NCBI GenBank assembly: GCA_043228905.1 | Contig: JBHGNT010000004.1 | Location: 15,872,001 to 15,936,000, forward strand | Length of the DNA stretch: 64,000 bases | Direction: 5' to 3' | Origin: Azolla caroliniana | Lineage: Eukaryota; Plantae; Polypodiophyta | Shown: one piece after another, positions 25,899 through 38,500 of the stretch | How the letters are laid out: the number at the start of each line of letters is the position of its first letter | Numbering within the stretch: position 1 is the stretch's first letter | Notes under the pieces: generated by a model | The model's input: only the letters and a program-made list of their open reading frames with translations | Told to the model about the DNA's origin: nothing | Databases searched by the model: none | Position numbers and translations under genes: made by a program

Positions 25899-26687
25899 AA
25901 TTGTGTCGTGGCATGGCTCGCCTAGAAGTGTAGCATTGTGTAGACAGAAGATATCGTGAAAGTGAGGAAGGAATCACTAGGATTATGGACGAAAGAGACG
26001 AAAAGAGTAGATATGTAGTAAACAAAGATCAACGAGATATGACAAAATAGGATGTAAAAATATATTTGAAGGAACATAAGAAATTTATAATTATTAGACG
26101 AAAGAGTTACAAAATAGTTGTGAGTGTCATTGAACCTTTGCACTTTGTCTCTCAAGGTAGATCACAATCTTCGCTTCTATCACTCTTCTCTTTCTTGATA
26201 GTAGACCACAATCTTCTCTTCTATATTTTGATGAGATAAGACTCAAACATCCATCCTTTTTGTTGAGAGTTGAGCACCACAACTGCCAAGTTAGAGCATC
26301 TCTTGTATATTGACCTTCTAACACGTTCGCATTCACAAGTGGAAGGATCACGCATAAATGGAAGGATAAGGAAAATTTTGGTTGATTTTAGGGGTTTTTC
26401 AATGATTTTATAAAACACAATGATACCATTATCATACATGTTCAAAAATACTATGAAAAAGCTTAAAAATACACTATTGTCGTGATTTAGAAGTAAATAA
26501 AAAAAGAGGAATTTCAAAAAGTTACATTCTCAATTTATATCACAAACTTTACAACCAATGTTATTTTATAAGAAATGATTTTTTAGAAATTATAAAAATT
26601 CAAAACACATGCTTTTATATTACTCGATTTGTTACAAGCGGAATGTAGTTACACTTAATAGCCAAAAATACATTCATGATCACTCCT

Positions 26688-29471
26688 TTACGGAGAATCA
26701 CTACTATAACTAATATACAATGACGATTCCTCCTTGTCATCCTCGGATGTACCAATCAATGCATTATCTTCGTCATAAACCAAATGGTTTGACTCTAGAT
26801 TATATGTAGCAGATCTCGTTTGCCTTTGACTCGAGCCACCTTGTAGACCTGGTAATTTTTCTTTTATTATATCTATTGTTGACTTCCTTAATCGTCTGGA
26901 TTTTGTAAGCGTGAAGTTGTACACGATGATATCCACATCAGAGATATCAAGGGTCGAGGTGTTACGAATGTTTTGCTTCCTCTTCCTACCTCCCCTTGTT
27001 GGGCATTTAATCATCTCCAATGTATACTTACCTGTAAAAGCATTTGCACTTCTAGTGTTGTACCAATAAACGTTTATAGACTTGATCGTGTTTTCTATTT
27101 CATGCATTAGCACTTCTAGAATTTTACCAGCCCAAAATTGGTTGTCATGTGAGTTCTCATCAGCCGGCGTTGCAATCAACATCCCCGCCGTGAGCTCTTG
27201 CAAATTTCCTTGCCATCTAGCTTTGGGTGCTTTGGTCATCCTTGGTCCCACATAAATGTCTCTTTGTTGCGGATGGACCAAACTGTCATTAATCGCATTT
27301 GCTGGTTGCTCCGGAGTTTTATTTACACGATCATGTTGTAGCGACCATGTGAATGGTGTTTCCAAATTCCAATTATCACCAAATACACAATTTTCTATAA
27401 TTCCTTTCTGATCACTATAAAATACATCCCACCATGACGTGTCTTGTTGTGCAGCATATTTATTGGCAGCCTGAATATGCTTTCTTTTTTCTTCTAAGGC
27501 TTGGAGCCATAACTGTTTTTGTTCCGATACCAAGTCACTATGCAACTGTCCTTTCTTCTCGATTGGCATTTTCTTAGCTCCATGGACAATTGTACTCGGC
27601 ATACACAGTAATAACTGGCAACCAGCTTCAGGTTCCCATGTTGTAGAAGATGAATATTGTTTGGCATACAAAAGCGTAGAACCACTTATTTCATTTTTCT
27701 TTATCATAAAAATGTGATTGAAGCTTATATTGTTTAACTGGGCGAGCACTTTAACATTCCCAACACCCCCATCTGATATATATCTCTTAAAATCATATAC
27801 CTCCTTCAAGTGTAACACTTTTGGGGGTAGTGTATATGCATCACACATGACATCAAATAGTTTAGGTAATGTGAAAGCATAATGCCGAGACAACTGTCTG
27901 GAGAATGTGCTAAACATCGGATCTATATGATCATGTGTGTGGCCAACCAAAAGAAAATTGACTTTCACTTTTCTAAACTATCCTTGGTTGACCAACATAC
28001 TTAGATAGCCAAACACAGTTGAATTTTTGTTCTCTCTAGCAATATTGTCCAATTGAATGTATAGAACAGGGGGGAAAGATTGGCCCCAAGACATCAAAAC
28101 TCGGTGAATCACTATAGCTATTAGGTTAGGGTCATTGTGAACATTGGGGTATATAATGAAGACGTGAGGTTCAACTGACCTATTATAACCCAAGCATCCC
28201 ACCAAGTGCATTTGAACAAGGCACTCATCATTGACTTCTTTGGGGAGCCTCCGCATATGCGGCAAGCACGTCTTGTTCTGGTCCATGCCATCTATCATTA
28301 AGCACATGTATTGTTCGGGCCTCTTCAAACACTTCTCTCTATGATGCATCACCTTCTTTTGTTCTAACGATTGTGCCTCACGATGCTCTTGTAGTAACTT
28401 CTTACTCATATCCTTTTCCATTGATGTCTTTGCACCTTTAGCCAAACTTTTAAGATTTGCACAAATGGAGCAATACCCCATGCGTACTTTACGTGGAATG
28501 ATAACATTTGAAAACTGAGCTCTCCATAATCTTGTGAATTGGCTATATGTGACAGACTTATTATGTGAGTCCACCATATTAGATCGATAGACATCATAAA
28601 CTTCCCGACATGTGTAGTTATCAAAGAGGTGCATCCTACCTGTAGTGGGCATTACTTCACAATTTAATTGAAAGTAACTTTTCATCCAGCCAATAGCATG
28701 TCTTCCAATTGCACCTTTCATACTTGGAACCTCTTTACAATTGAGCATCTGATCCCTGCTAAGTAGACGTTGTTGTACTCTATGTAGCGGCATGTTACTA
28801 ACACATAACGCAATTTTGAATGCAACTCTACATATGTGTTGCACATGGAAGATATAATACTCGAATGATACTTTGATCCCCGTACATTTGTCAGACACTA
28901 GTTGCATATGTGACCCGAGGTAAGTGTCTTGCTCATCACCAGTCATCGAAAAATAGTATCGCCTTAATTCTCACAACTTTGATTTTCCAATCATAGACAT
29001 ACAACCACGGGCACATCATATTTTTTTGACATAAAATCCAATTTGTTTATCTGATGTCACCAAGTTAAATCTAGCCAGACGAATTCTTCGTGGGATTCTT
29101 CTAATATGCATAGGGCTTCTAGATTTCTCTTCCTGCATAGAAGTTGGTGTAACCTTGTTACTATCCAATTCTTCGTTGTGACCATCGCCCATGATATTTG
29201 ATGTTTCATTGGCACTACCTTCATTCTTCATATCTTTATTAATATCGTATTCTTCAATAGAGAACTCTTCACATGTGTCATTATTCACATTCGTTGTAGG
29301 TGAAGATGAGCTTTGACAATACTCTTCGATAGAATATGGTGAGTTTGTCGACAGACAATATTCTTCAATAGAAAATGGTGAGTCTGTCGACAAACAATAC
29401 TCTTCAGTAGAAAACGAAGAGTCTGATGACAAACAATATTCTTCAATCGAGAACAGTGAATCTTCACTCAT
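26688..29471 (-). pseudogene. DDE transposase, Sola-like / DUF7869-type (~927 codons, one frame, ~3 stops)
   Basis: ORFs 29016-29471, 27978-28946 and 26688-27968 are in the same frame; motifs CSICANL, LMIDGMDQNKT, LYIQLDNIARENKN, FLLVGHTHDHIDPMFS. Confidence 0.8.
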
Positions 29472-30461
29472 GGCTTAAGGTCCACACAGAGCTCTTTAAG
29501 TTATGTGCTTAGGCTAACATAAAAAATTGTTAGCTCCTCTCTAAACATAAACTCCTCTCTAAACAGAAGCTCCCTCAATATAATGTCTATATTTTTAATA
29601 TTATATTAATACAATACATAAAGATATTATTTTTAATATAATAATTGTACTCAACATATTAATAATTACTTAAACTAGTCTATATAAAGTTAAATCAAGT
29701 ATAATATAATTACAATCATTATCAAGCCATATATATGTTGGATTAAAGTTAAAATCATGGGTTAATTAATGGCACCCATATTTAATATAGAACTTCTCAA
29801 TCATTGGTTCATTCATGCCCACCATTTTAAATATAAGACTTTTTCAATCATTGGTTCATTCATGAACCTCTATCATTGTTTCCTTCATGACCTTCAAAGT
29901 TATTGTATGTTATTTTGACTATAAAATAATTATCAATATGTTAGTTTGACTTTGTAATCATTGATGCAATCATAAGTAACTCTGGTTAAAGTGACTGTGG
30001 TTACTAACTAACTAACCTCAAGCTTGCCAACCCTGGTTAAATTGACAATGGTTACTTTAACCAATGTGGTCAATCCCTATAAATAGGAAGACCTCGTCAT
30101 AGTTCAATCACACAAAGCACAAGAGCACATAGAGCAAATAGAGCAAACAGAGCACATAGAGCACGAAGCACGAAAGCGAGATCTCTGCCTAAACATTGAG
30201 AAGATCAACCATGTCTTTAAAGAAAATCGAGCGCTAGGACTCCAGGTAAGCCTCTAACACTGTGGACATTTTTGTAAATATGTTTTAGAACTTAGGAACT
30301 CAATACGCCATATTGAGTTCTTGTCTATAGTTTGCGTTTTAAACAGGAACTCGATACGTCGTATCGAGTTCCAGTATAATGTTTGTGTTTTATCCAGGAA
30401 CTGGATACGGCGTATTGAGTTCTTGTTTAAAGTTTGTGTTTTATACAAGAACTCGATATGG

Positions 30462-31033
30462 TGTCGTGATGTGGTGTGCTCGAGGGTGGGAAAAACTGGC
30501 GAAAGGGGGGTCAAAAATGTGCATGTGCAATGTGTGTGCACACAAAAGCGAGTTCCTGTTTAAAGTTTGTGTTTTATACAGGAACTCGATACGGTGTCGT
30601 GATGTGGTGTGCTCGAGGGTGGGAAAAACTGGGGAAAGGGGGGTCAAAAATGTGCATGTGCACACAAAAGCGATTCATTGTGCATATGCAAAATAAAAAG
30701 GAAAAAAAAGGGTGAAAAGGAGTTATAGAAGCTCGTGCAAAAAGTAAGAGAGAGGAGAGATAAAAGGTAGAGGGGAGATAGGCTATAAATTTATAGAGAT
30801 AGAATTATATATTATATAAGAGACAGTTAGTGGGATAGTGGATAGTCACATTGACTACTAGCTAGAGGTGCACGGTTCGAATCTAGTCTTATAGTGTAGC
30901 GTGATTTAAGGAATTTTATTCATTTTGGGAAAAACTGGCGAAAGGGGGGTCAAAAATGTGCATGTGCAATGTGTGTGCACACAAAAGCGAGTTCCTGTTT
31001 AAAGTTTGTGTTTTATACAGGAACTCGATACGG
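30462..31033 (+). repeat. Tandem duplications of the solo-LTR left junction (~133-bp and ~439-bp units)
   Basis: LTR start TGTCGTGATGTGG with its flank occurs at 30462, 30595 and 31034. Confidence 0.85.
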
Positions 31034-32685
31034 TGTCGTGATGTGGTGTGCTCGAGGGTGGGAAAAACTGGCGAAAGGGGGGTCAAAAATGTGCATGTGC
31101 ACACAAAAGCGATTCATTGTGCATATGCAAAATAAAAAGGAAAAAAAAGGGTGAAAAGGAGTTATAGAAGCTCGTGCAAAAAGTAAGAGAGAGGAGAGAT
31201 AAAAGGTAGAGGGGAGATAGGCTATAAATTTATAGAGATAGAATTATATATTATATAAGAGACAGTTAGTGGGATAGTGGATAGTCACATTGACTACTAG
31301 CTAGAGGTGCACGGTTCGAATCTAGTCTTATAGTGTAGCGTGATTTAAGGAATTTTATTCATTTTTCATTGAAGACAAATTTGACGACCCCCCTTCTTTT
31401 TTTCCTATAAAAGGAGGTCGATGGGGGCTCATTGAGGAGGACATTTTGGGGAGGAGGAGACTATCGCCAATTTTCCTTCAAAGCTCTTCATCTCCTTATT
31501 CACCACGTCTCTTCATCTCATACCCTTTCATCCCCCCATCACCACGTGCTCGTCTTCTTTACGTCGGCACTCGAAGTGCTCGTGAGCCCAAGCTTCGTTG
31601 GTTCGACGTTCATTGCGAGCCCGTGTGCTCTCCGTTCGGGTGGTCGTGGTTCGTTGGGATTGGCATTTTGGTGGTGCTCGTGTGTTCATCTTTGCCGTGT
31701 TCGGATTTGCTTTTGTCTCTAAGGGCATTTAATATTTATGTTTTGATTGAGCTTGTGGTTAACTATAAGTTGCCATTGTAAACAAAACCCTATTTTATAA
31801 AGGGTCCTCTTGCGTTGGAATCGAACACGTATTTATCTCTTTGGTTGATATCATTCGTGTTTCTTTCTCTCCTTCTTTCTTTATTCGTTTCTTCCTTGTA
31901 CGTTCGGCCGTCTTGTGATGAGGGGACCGTTCGGGCTTGCCCATGCACCTCTCCTCCTCATAAAGGCGTACGAGCATTTTGTGCGTGTGTTTGTGTCTTT
32001 CTTGTACGTTCAACCGTCTTGTGACGAGGGGACCGTTCGGGCTTGCCCATGCACCTCTCCTCCTCATAAAGGCATACGAGCATTTGTGTGTGTGTTTGTG
32101 TCTTCCTTGTATGTTCGGCCGTCTTGTGACGAGGGGACCGTTCGGGCTTGCCCATGCACCTCTCCTCCTCATAAAGGCGTACGAGCATTTTGTGCGTGTG
32201 TTTGTGTCTTTCTTGTACGTTCGGCCGTCTTGTGACGAGGGGACCGTTCGGGCTTGCCCATGCACCTCTCCTCCTCATAAAGGCGTACGAGCATTTGTGT
32301 ATGTGTTTTGTGTCTTCCTCGTACGTTCGACGTCTTGTGACGAGGGAGCGTTCAGGCGTGCCCATGCACCTCTCCTCCTCATAATGACGTACTGACATTC
32401 GTGTTTGTGTTATCGTCCCCTTGTATGTTCATGTTGCGTGCTCATCTTTCTTGTACCCGTTTGGTCACTTGGCTCGTGCGGTGATCTCGAAAGGTCGACG
32501 AGTCGTGATCAACGAGAGCGACCGGCCTCACAAAACAAAGGGCAACGAGACCTTGCTCGGGAAGGGGTCGAGAAGTAGTATTGTCGTAAAGCAAACCTCG
32601 GGTCTTCTCTATCCCTTCAGTACTCCCTAGTCCAAGACCCCTGTGGTCCCGCCCAAGTAACACACATGTGCGAAATTTCGCGACA
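31034..32685 (+). mobile_element. Solo LTR, Phygy-like, with ~5 x 105-106-bp tandem repeats (~31885-32390)
   Basis: TGTCG...CGACA; TSD ACGG; end GCGAAATTTCGCGACA resembles GCGAAATATCTCGACA of the 54905 LTR; TATA at ~31406. Confidence 0.87.
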
Positions 32686-35593
32686 ACGGCGTATTGAGTT
32701 CCTGTTTAAAGTTTTTGTTTTAAAGAGGAACTCTATACGGCGTATCGAGTTCCTGTACACAGTTTGTGTTTTCTTGTATATTGTATGCGTTTTAAAGAGG
32801 AACTCATTACGCCGTATCGAGTTCTTGTATTATGTTCGTGTTTATATAGGAACTTGATATGGTGTATCGAGTTCCTATACACAATTTGTGTTTGCTTGTA
32901 TATAGTATGCATTTTAAACAAGAACTCGTTATGCCGTATCAAGTTCCCGTATTATGTACGTCTTTTATAGAGGAACTCGATACGGCGTATCGGGCTCCTG
33001 TATTATGTTTGTGTTTTATACGGGAACTCAATACACCATATCGAGTTCCTGTGTAAAGCATGTGTTTTATACAAGAAGTCGATACACCGTATCAAGTTCC
33101 TGTTTAAAGTTTACGTTTTGTTCAGTAACTCGATACGCCGTATCGAATTCTTGTATAAAGTATGTGTTTCATACACGAACTATATATAGGAATACGATAC
33201 GACGTATCGAGTTCCTTTATTAAACACACAATTTAAAGAGGAATATTGTGTCTTTGGGGCAACAATTTAGTATTGTGTGAAAAGATATCAAACTTTCTAT
33301 CAAAATCAGACTTTTTTTATGGAGATTTGCCATATTTTGTAACAAATATGGGCCTTAATTATAGAGGTTTTATGACCTAGTATAGCTTAAAATAGTAGAA
33401 AATAACCCACAAATTACCTTTACGATACCAAATTCAAGTCTATCATATGTAAATTCTCTAGAATATGGATATGGAATCAATATAAGCCATACCTACCCTT
33501 CAAGATAATATATATCCTTGTGTACTTATTAAGATATATATTTTCTAAGTTGAATAGCCCTTACTAGAATGGATTTCTGAATAAAGGACTACCATGTTCA
33601 CTCAATGCATGATTGATATTTATAGTTTACCACAAATCGCCTGCTAGTTTTTGTCTTCGTCTAATTAAGTGTCATTTAATATACAACCTTAATCTACGTG
33701 ACCACCTAACTTATGTTTTCGCATGTCCTTTCTTAAATAGGTCGTTTGAGAACTTGTCAGACCAACTTGTGAAGAAGATAAAGCTACAGATAGAGGGCTC
33801 TCCAATTGAAAGCCAGACCCTAATAGCTCCCAAGAACATGAAGAGAGGAAAAAAGCTTCTCTTCAACGAGGAGACAAAATCTCAACCACCCAATGAGGTT
33901 AGCGAAAAGAAACTATTAGCAACTATTGGTGGTGAAGACCTTCCTGACTGTGATCTAACAGACATGGAATGGAGTATGCAATACGTCGACTCCAAGAAAA
34001 AAGTCGTGTTGTATACAACAAAGAAGAAGGGCAAGGGGCAACTTGAAAATGAAGCCGCATTTATGTATGGCTGTATTTTATGATTTGACTACGAAGATTC
34101 AGATTCGGTCAACATACTTGTAATGATAGAGTGCTCTAAGGGGGTTCGTAAAGTGTTCCTTTCTGAAGATCTTGTAGTAAAGGAATCTTGTGGGCCAGAA
34201 GCTTTTAAAAAAGATCTAGAAAGCTCACAAAACCTTATTGTTACCTTGAGGCCTTATATACAAGGCCATGTAACTCTAAGGGAGCCATTGCCCTCCCCAG
34301 TAAAGGCCCTGAAAAGGGCATCTAAAGTACAATCAAGACCACCAAAAAAGAAGACCACTAAAATGTTGGACTTCGACTCATCAAGCTGAAACGAAGATGA
34401 GGACACTAAGGGGATGCCAGGAGCTGAGCTGGCATCAGGTGTGTTGTCATCCGAGAAAAATAAGATACGGAGAGAGTTAATGCAGCGTAAACTGGTCAAG
34501 AAAGGGAAAGTGTTTAATTTGCCTATAACACACATCCATCGGCCCCCTATTGATGAAAAAACAGGACGAAGACCACTTGAGATTAGAGAGCCACACCGAA
34601 TGAATGTTCAAAATCTCAAGAAAAAAATAAAAATTAATCCACATGCTATCGTTGTGCCTTTTATTGTTATGGTGGATCCTGAACAATGTGATACCATTGA
34701 AGATTTTGATATAAGAAAGCATGATCAATATAATTACTTTGTCATTGGTGGATCACATTTGGCGGAGGCACATCGGCTACTTGTGGGAGAATATCCAACA
34801 ACTTTCTTCTTCAAGTATGCCGAGTGCAAAATTTACGTGGGTCTCACAACTAAAGAGGCAACGCTGTTGGCATGGGACCACAATAACGATAATGACTATA
34901 GGCAGAAAATATCATCGATTGAGCGTATAAGGTTCTTCCACCACGAGTATTTGGACGTCAAACAAAAGTTTGGTATGAAGCTACATCCACGCCTACGACG
35001 TCAATGCTTGCATGAAGTCGGCATTGTGGTAGATGATAATGTTAAGTCCGATGGTCTTTGAAAATATGAGTCTTGGTTTCAACTGGCCTTTAGAGATGGA
35101 GAAGTATGGGATCTACAAGATCAAATCTTCTCAATGTGGGAGAATAAGGAGGTCAAGGGTTAAAGACAAAAGAAATGTAAGGTAGACCCTCAACTAGAAT
35201 TAAACTCACAAGCGGCCAAGAAAATTGATTTGACAATTGAAGAAGCGGCTGACGACATGAAACTGTCTCTGTGGAGAGCGATGCAAGGTATTAAGGACGA
35301 GCAACTTCTTGTGTCTGTTTTGACAAGGGTTGTGGCCAAAGATTTAAGCCTTGAAGAAATGGTCATTGAGTTCAATAAGTAAGTCTTTCAAATAGTGATA
35401 TTGAAGTCAATATGGTGCAATTCAAATATCTAATCTCCTTTTCTAATTTCACAGTCATAAGGTGTACTTGAAGATCCAAGAACTTATGATGAAACAACTT
35501 GGATGTACAAGTTGGGAACAAGTGACCGAGGATTATCCTCTAACGTCTTCATATAAGGCGTTATCGGAGTATTTTATTGCATTCAAGGATTGG

Positions 35594-38500
35594 TGTAAAA
35601 GAATACGTTGTGCAGAAACGTATGCATAAATACAAAGTACACAGTTCGGAGGAATAAGAAAGTTCGGTAAAACACAGAAAACGTAGAGATGGAGATGGAG
35701 ATAGAGAGCAGACAACAGAAACCTCCAATTCAAAAATAATGACTTTTTGTTCTGTACATACTTCATGCTCAATGAGCACCTTATATACAAGCCCTAACAA
35801 TCGGGCTGACACAAGTACTGACCATACTTGAATGCTCATAAATGAGCCTACTACACTAACTCCCAAAATTATTCCTTACGAGGAATACCATACTAATGGC
35901 CTTCCGGTTTACGCACCAATACGGCCACGTTATGCGTACTATTTTACGCACCCAGTCTACGCACTAGGTTACGTACCGTATTACACACTGAATGTTGAGC
36001 TTGTCAGTTAACACTCCCCCTCAAGCTCAACTTGAGGTTCCGTTCGCTCTTCCGGATCTACGCTTCGGTTCCTTCTGACTTCACGCCTCGCTTGCACTCC
36101 TCAACCCATTCGATTCCGCACGCTTTGACCCTTTCGATCGGCTTGTCTACTTGTTCGGGCCTTCTCAGCTCCCTTGCTATTGCGGTGCCGGCACATCCTT
36201 TGCTTCCTTTTTCTCGGCATGGCCTTCAATTGATTCGGCGTATCTGAATCGAACACTTCTGATTCAATTCCACTCTCATCCGAATTGGCTGTCTCCAATT
36301 CGTCTCCTATCTTTAGGCCTTTGACTACATCAGACCATGTCTTGGTCTTGGCCTTATCTCCCCTTGATTCGGCTGTCTTCGACTCTTTTCTACGATTACG
36401 ACCCTTGCTTCTTTCTTCGGCTTCTTTAGCCAGTTCGAAATCGAATTCTCCGTTCGATTCCTCATTGTCGTGATGGACACCTCCGCTCCTTTCACACTCT
36501 TGTTCCTGTTCTTCCTTTCTCCTCCTCAAGTTCGGCGTGTCGAGGTGACGTTCTCGTGCCTTTCGGCTCCGGATCATTGCATGAGTCGGGTGGGAACCAC
36601 CGGGGTTTTGGACTAGGAGGAGGAAGAATTTGAGGCTAATCTAGTTATGAATATGAATAGATTATAAGAAAGAGATATAGAAACTTGTGAATCCTACAAG
36701 TATAATTGTTTTAGTTTATCTTAATCGTAGTAATAAATTGAAATAGTTTAGAATAGATTAGAGTAGATTGAGAAAAGAGATCAAACCTTGTGAATCCCAC
36801 AAGTATTACATTAATCAATATTTATGTAAGAATATGAATTTAGATTGAAAGTTTATATAAAACTTCGTGAATCCCATGATTCTATTTTATTATTGGTGTT
36901 TTAGGAAATATATCCAATTTCCCAAATATTTCACACACCTATTACATTGTGCTCTCCATCCTTATATGGTGATGAGAGAGTCTTCACAATCCATCCTTTT
37001 TTTTTCTAACTATAGACTCCATGCTTTTCCTATAGATAGACTATATGCTTTATCTAAAGTGATCATGCTTCAACTATAGCGTTCATGCACGCTAGATGTG
37101 CATGTGTAGCTTTTTCTTTTAGCATGCGTTTTCTTTTAACTAAAGTTTATCCTAGGTGAACTAACCTTTCTATGTGGAACATCTACTTTTTAACCCTAAC
37201 GAAATGCTAGTGTAATGGTAAGACATTACATTATTAACATGGAGGTGCAAGCTTCGAATCTTGCTCTATGCATGTATGATTTATTTTGACATTTTCTTCT
37301 ATTTCTTCATATTTACTAAAACGTTACTTTATAAGTTTTTCATGTAGTGTACGAAATACACTACAACAACGCAACCCCAACTCACCCGAGAAATGTCGTA
37401 ACTTGTCGAGACCAAGAGGCTTGGTGAAGATGTCAGCAACTTGCCGATACGTTGGAACATACACTAGTTTAACTTCACCTGAAAGGACCTCCGCGCGGAC
37501 AAAATGGTAATGCACCTCAATGTGCTTGGTCTGGGCGTGGAACACGGGGTTTTTCGCAAGGTGGATACTGCTGAGGTTGTCACAAAAGATCGTTGTCGGA
37601 TCAGACACCTCTACCTGCAGATCTCGTAATAGCCGTTTCAGCCAAATGACTTCGCACGTAGCGACAGTCGCCCCACGATACTCGGCCTCCGTGCTGGACA
37701 GTGCTACTGTCGGCTGCTTCTTAATGCTCCATGCAATCGCCACACTTCCTAGAGAGAAGGCATAATCCGGATGTGGATCTACGATCGTGGGCATTTCCGA
37801 CCCAATTGGCATCTGTGTAGTCGACTAACTGTTCGGCTACGCCTGCCCGATAAAACAACACCATGTCTTTCGTGCCGCTGACATAACACAGTATCCGTTG
37901 TGCGCACTGAAAGTGTTCGGCCGTAGGCTGCGACATGAGTTGACTGATTAGGCCGACTGGATAACTAAGATCCGGCCGAGTAATCGTCAAATAGATAAGG
38001 CTTTGGACAATCTATCGGAACCGTGCCGGGTCGCACACCTTCCCCGAATCTCGGCGAAGCTTTGCGTTTCTATCCAGAGGGGTCAAGATGGGCTTACAGT
38101 TTGCCATCCCGAACTTGAAGAGCATATTCAACGCATAATGACGCTAGCTGATCAATATGCCTCCAGGGGTATGGATCACTTCAATCCCGAGGAAGTAATG
38201 AAGGTCTCTGAGATCCTTCATTTCGAATGATGCCGCAAGCTGAGACTTTATGTGGCAGATTTCTTCTAGATCGGCACCGGTGATGACTAAATCATCAACA
38301 TACAAGAGCAGGCTAACCGGTCCATATTGACGTTGCCGAAAAAATAGAGAAGAGTCTGATTTCAACGACGCAAACCCCATCTTACGCAACCGTTGCGCAA
38401 TCTTCACGTTCCAAGCTCGCGGGGCTTGCTTAAGTCTGTAGAGTGGCTTCTTCAATCGGCAAACTACCAAAGTATTTTGTTCGGATAGAAATCTGAGGGG

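Larger units (their letters stand above)
30296..33214. repeat. Array of ~13 copies of the 25-bp palindrome GAACTCGATACG-N-CGTATCGAGTTC, period mostly 51 bp, split by a solo LTR
   Basis: Copies at ~30296, 30347, 30398, 30449/32686, 32729, 32800, 32850, 32922, 32973, 33024, 33075, 33126, 33190. Confidence 0.9.

Noticed and set aside
30296-33214. CRISPR array
   Set aside because: Spacers resemble each other, repeats are degenerate, no cas genes are present and the context is a eukaryotic intron
33613-35061. Host cellular gene
   Set aside because: Lies inside an insert within a retrotransposon LTR next to a transposase, so it is treated as element cargo
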